Assembly: GCF_963921235.1 (NCBI RefSeq)
Contig: NC_086097.1
Span: 115,880,001 to 115,944,000, forward strand
Reading direction: 5' to 3'
Source of the DNA: Mobula hypostoma
Taxonomy: Eukaryota
DNA length: 64,000 nucleotides
Shown one piece after another: positions 60,660 to 64,000 of this stretch. The notes beneath the pieces are model-generated. The model had not been told where the DNA came from, did not search any database, and was given only the letters and a program-made list of their open reading frames with translations. Both the position numbers and the translations under genes were made by a program. The stretch's first letter is position 1, and each line of letters opens with the position of its first letter.

Positions 60660-61910
60660 AAGATCAAAGTTCAAAGTAAATTTTATTATAAAGTACATAT
60701 ATGTCACCATATACAATCCTGAGATTCATTTTCTTGTGGGCATACTTAATAAATCTATCAAAAAATAACCATAACAGAATCAATAAAAGACTGTCCAACT
60801 AGGTCATTCAACCAGAATGCAGAATTCAAAAAAACTGTGCAAATACAAAAAAAAGGAAATAATAATAAATAAATAATCAATAAATATTGAGAACATGAAA
60901 TGAAAAGTCTTTGAAAGTGAGTCCATTGGTTGTGGGAATATTTTAACGATGGGGCAAGAGAAGTTGAGTGAAGCTATCCCTTTTGGTTCACCAGCCAGAT
61001 TACTGAGGTTTAGTAACTGTTCCTGCACCTGCTTGTGGACATCCTGAAGCTCTTGCATCTTCTTCCTGATGGCAGCAGTGAGAAGAAAACATGTCCTGGG
61101 TGATAGAGATTCTTGAATGATGGATGCTGCTTTCCTATGACAGCGTATCGTGTAGATGTGCTCAATGGTTTGGAGGGCTTTATCCATGATGGAGTGAGCC
61201 ATGTCCAGTACTTTTTGTAGGATTTTCCATTGAAGGGCATTGGTGTTTCCATACCAGTCTGTGATGCTGCCAGTTAATATACTTTCCACTACAGATCTAC
61301 AGAAATTTGTCGAGGTTTTAGATGTTACGCTGAATCTCTGCAAACTCCTAAGGAAGTAAAGGCACTGTAGTGCTTTCTTCATAATTATACTTATTGGCTA
61401 GACCCAGGACATGTCCTCTGAAATAGTAACACTTTGGAATTTAAAGTTGAAACCCTGCCCACTTCTGATTCTCCGATTAAGACTAACTCATGGATCTCTG
61501 GCTTCTTTCTCCTGAAGTCTATAATCAGCTCCTTGGTCTTGCTGATATTGAGTAAGAGGTGGCTGATACGGCACTACTCTGCCAGATTTTGAATCTCCCT
61601 CCTATATGCTGATTCATCACCTCATTTGATTCAGCCAATGACAGTGGTGTCGGCACCAAACTTGAATATGGCATCGGAGCTGTGATTAACCTCACAGTCA
61701 CAAGTGTAAAGTGAGTAGAGCAGGGGGCTAAGCACACAGCCTTATGGTGTCCCTGTGCTGATAGAGATTGTGAAGGAGATGTTGTTGCCTAACAAAACCG
61801 AATGCAGTGTGGAACTCCAGGATCCACTTGCACAAGGAAGTTTTGACTCCAAGGACTTGGGGCTTATTGATTAGTTTTGAGGGGATGATGGTATCAAATG
61901 CCAAGCTGAT
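60660..61910 (-). mobile_element. Degraded Rex1/Babar LINE
   Basis: ORFs 60804-61382 (LYFLRSL..ESILTGSIT.WYG) and 61010-61252 (LLPSGRR). Confidence 0.85.
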
Positions 61911-62249
61911 TAGTTATTTGAATTAAGGAGTCTGGCCAACCTCTCCCTGTAACTCAGGCCCTCTAATCCTGGTGACACCCTCATAAATATTTTGTGCACT
62001 CTTTTCATCTTAACCATGTCTTTCCTGTATCTGCGTGAATAAAGCTGTAGACTGTTGGAGCTGTAGACTCCAAGAGCCACTTCAGCAACAACTGGTACAA
62101 CTGCAACATATTGTCCCAACTTCTATATTCAATGCACTGACTAATTAAACCTAGCATGCTAAACATCTTTTACACCACCTTGTCTACCTGTGATACTGCC
62201 TTCAATGTACTTCCACTCCTCGGTCCCTCTCTTCCATTACACTACCTAG

Positions 62250-62775
62250 TCGAGTTCAAAGTTATATCCATTCAACTGTATACATATATACTGCCTGATG
62301 AAGCAACATTCCTCCGGACCAAGATATGTAACATATAACTCACACTGAACAGGCAGGTAATATTACCACAAATAATACATTACATCTACGACACAAGTCA
62401 AAATATAAGCAGTATTCGCTGCTGGTGCTGCATACGTGATGAGATCTGGGACGTAGCTGGGTTGTTCCGTAGTCTCACTGCTGGGGGAAGCAGTTGATTC
62501 CCATCCTAACAGTCCTTGTCCTAATGCTATGGTACCTCCTCCCTTATGGTAGGGTGTGAAAGGGATTGTTAGATGTATGGGAGAGATCATTGATAATGCT
62601 AAAGGCCCTGTGCATGCAGCACTCCTGACAAATATCTCTGATGGGTGGAAGAGAGACCCTGATAATCTTCTGAGCTGTCCGTGCAGTCATTTTTAGGGTC
62701 CTATAGTCAGATGTCTTGCAATTCATGTGCCAGACAATGATGCGGCAGGTCAGGGCATTCTCAAGGGTACCCATT
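62250..62775 (-). mobile_element. Rex1/Babar 3' remnant
   Basis: TLENALTCRIIVW..RTAQKII..SII. Confidence 0.65.
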
Positions 62776-63089
62776 GCCCTACCATTCATAGTTTAGGTCT
62801 TTCACTGGTTTGACTTTCCAAAATGCTTCAGCTCACAATTATCTGTAATGAGGTCCCAACACTGATCCTTGCAGCATGCCATTCAGTACCAGCCTCCATT
62901 TTATGAGACAACCTAAAACCACAACACTCTGCTTTCTGTGTCTGAGTCCATTTTGAATCCACCAAAAGAGAACCATTTTCCCTGATTGATCTGATTCCAG
63001 CATTTTCAGGCTCTTGTGTTCAAATCATCATTCAGCCTCTTTCACTCTCTCCATCTTCCCCACTTCCATCTAGGTCTATCAGTCCATCA

Positions 63090-64000
63090 TTTGTGTCTAA
63101 CCAAACTTACAAAGCTTTTCGAGGAGGTTACCAGAAAAATCAATGAAGGAATGATAGTGGGTGTTATCTACATGGATTATAGCAAGACCTTTGATAAGGT
63201 CCCAGATTGGAGGGTCACTTGAATCGCTTGGCATTCAGGATGAGGTAGAAAATTGTATTCAACACTGTCTTCACTGAAGAAGCCAGAGAGTTGGAGTAAA
63301 TGTTTGCGTCTCTGACTGGAGACTAGTGGTGAGCCAAAGGGATCGGTGCTGCATCCATTGCTGTTTGTCAATATTATATATCAATAATTCGGATGATAAT
63401 GTGTTAAGCTAGATCAGAAAATTGGCAGATGACTCCAATATTTGTAGCATAATGGACAATGAGGTAGACTATCAAAGATTGCATCAGGATACACACAAAC
63501 TGGAAAAATGGGCTGCAAAATGGCGGATGGAATTTAATGCAGATAGGTGTGAGTGGCTGCACTTTGGGAGGACAGCCCAGGGTAGGACTTACACCCTGAA
63601 CTGTAGCTCTCTAAGGAGTGCAATGCAACAAATGGATCTGGGCATACAGATCTACTGTATAGTTCCTTGAAGGTGGTCTCACAGGTAGATGGGTCATAAA
63701 AAGATTGTTTGGCACATTGGCCTTCCAAAATCAGAGTACTGAGTACAGGTGTTGGGATGTTATGTTGATGTTGTATAAAACATTAGTGAGGCTAAATTTG
63801 GAGTATTGATTGCAGTCTGGTCACCTACGTACAGGAGAGATATCTATAAGATTGAACAAGTTCAGAAAAAAGTTTAGAAGGATGTTGCCATAATTTGAGG
63901 ACCTGAGTTATTAGGGAAAGATTGAATAGATTAAGACTTTATTCCCTGGAGCATAGCAGAATGAGGGAAGTTTTGAGAGAGTTACACAGAATTGGGAGTA
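63090..64000 (+). mobile_element. Degraded CR1 RT fragment running off the window
   Basis: FEEVT..MDYSKTFDKVP; ADD..WAAKWRMEFNADRCE.LHFGR. Confidence 0.85.

Overview
Eukaryotic, repeat-saturated DNA, intergenic or deep intronic. The repeat cast points to a cartilaginous fish, probably a ray (inference): CR1/HER1-type LINEs with an SGNH-esterase ORF1, HE1-like V-SINEs, Rex1/Babar LINEs, Neptune-type Penelope-like elements (PLEs), a HERO-like LINE, hAT elements and a solo LTR. I cannot confidently identify any host protein-coding gene; almost all ORFs in the track are retroelement fragments or their antisense shadows. Main observations: (1) Five diverged CR1 copies keep TTTAAACTAG at the ORF1/ORF2 junction. 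In the cleanest copies this is the canonical U_UUA_AAC slippery heptamer, in phase right before the ORF1 stop, with ORF2 in the -1 frame and no AUG before the endonuclease, suggesting programmed -1 ribosomal frameshifting in a vertebrate LINE. (2) One CR1 copy has an uninterrupted 1001-codon EN-RT ORF2. (3) PLE ends carry minimal type-I hammerhead ribozyme motifs, and three fold-back PLE insertions have TSDs and the same asymmetric terminal extension. (4) There are several cleanly delimited nested insertions (solo LTR, hAT elements, an in-frame PLE fragment inside a CR1 RT). Boundaries of degraded repeats are approximate unless a TSD or TIR is quoted.
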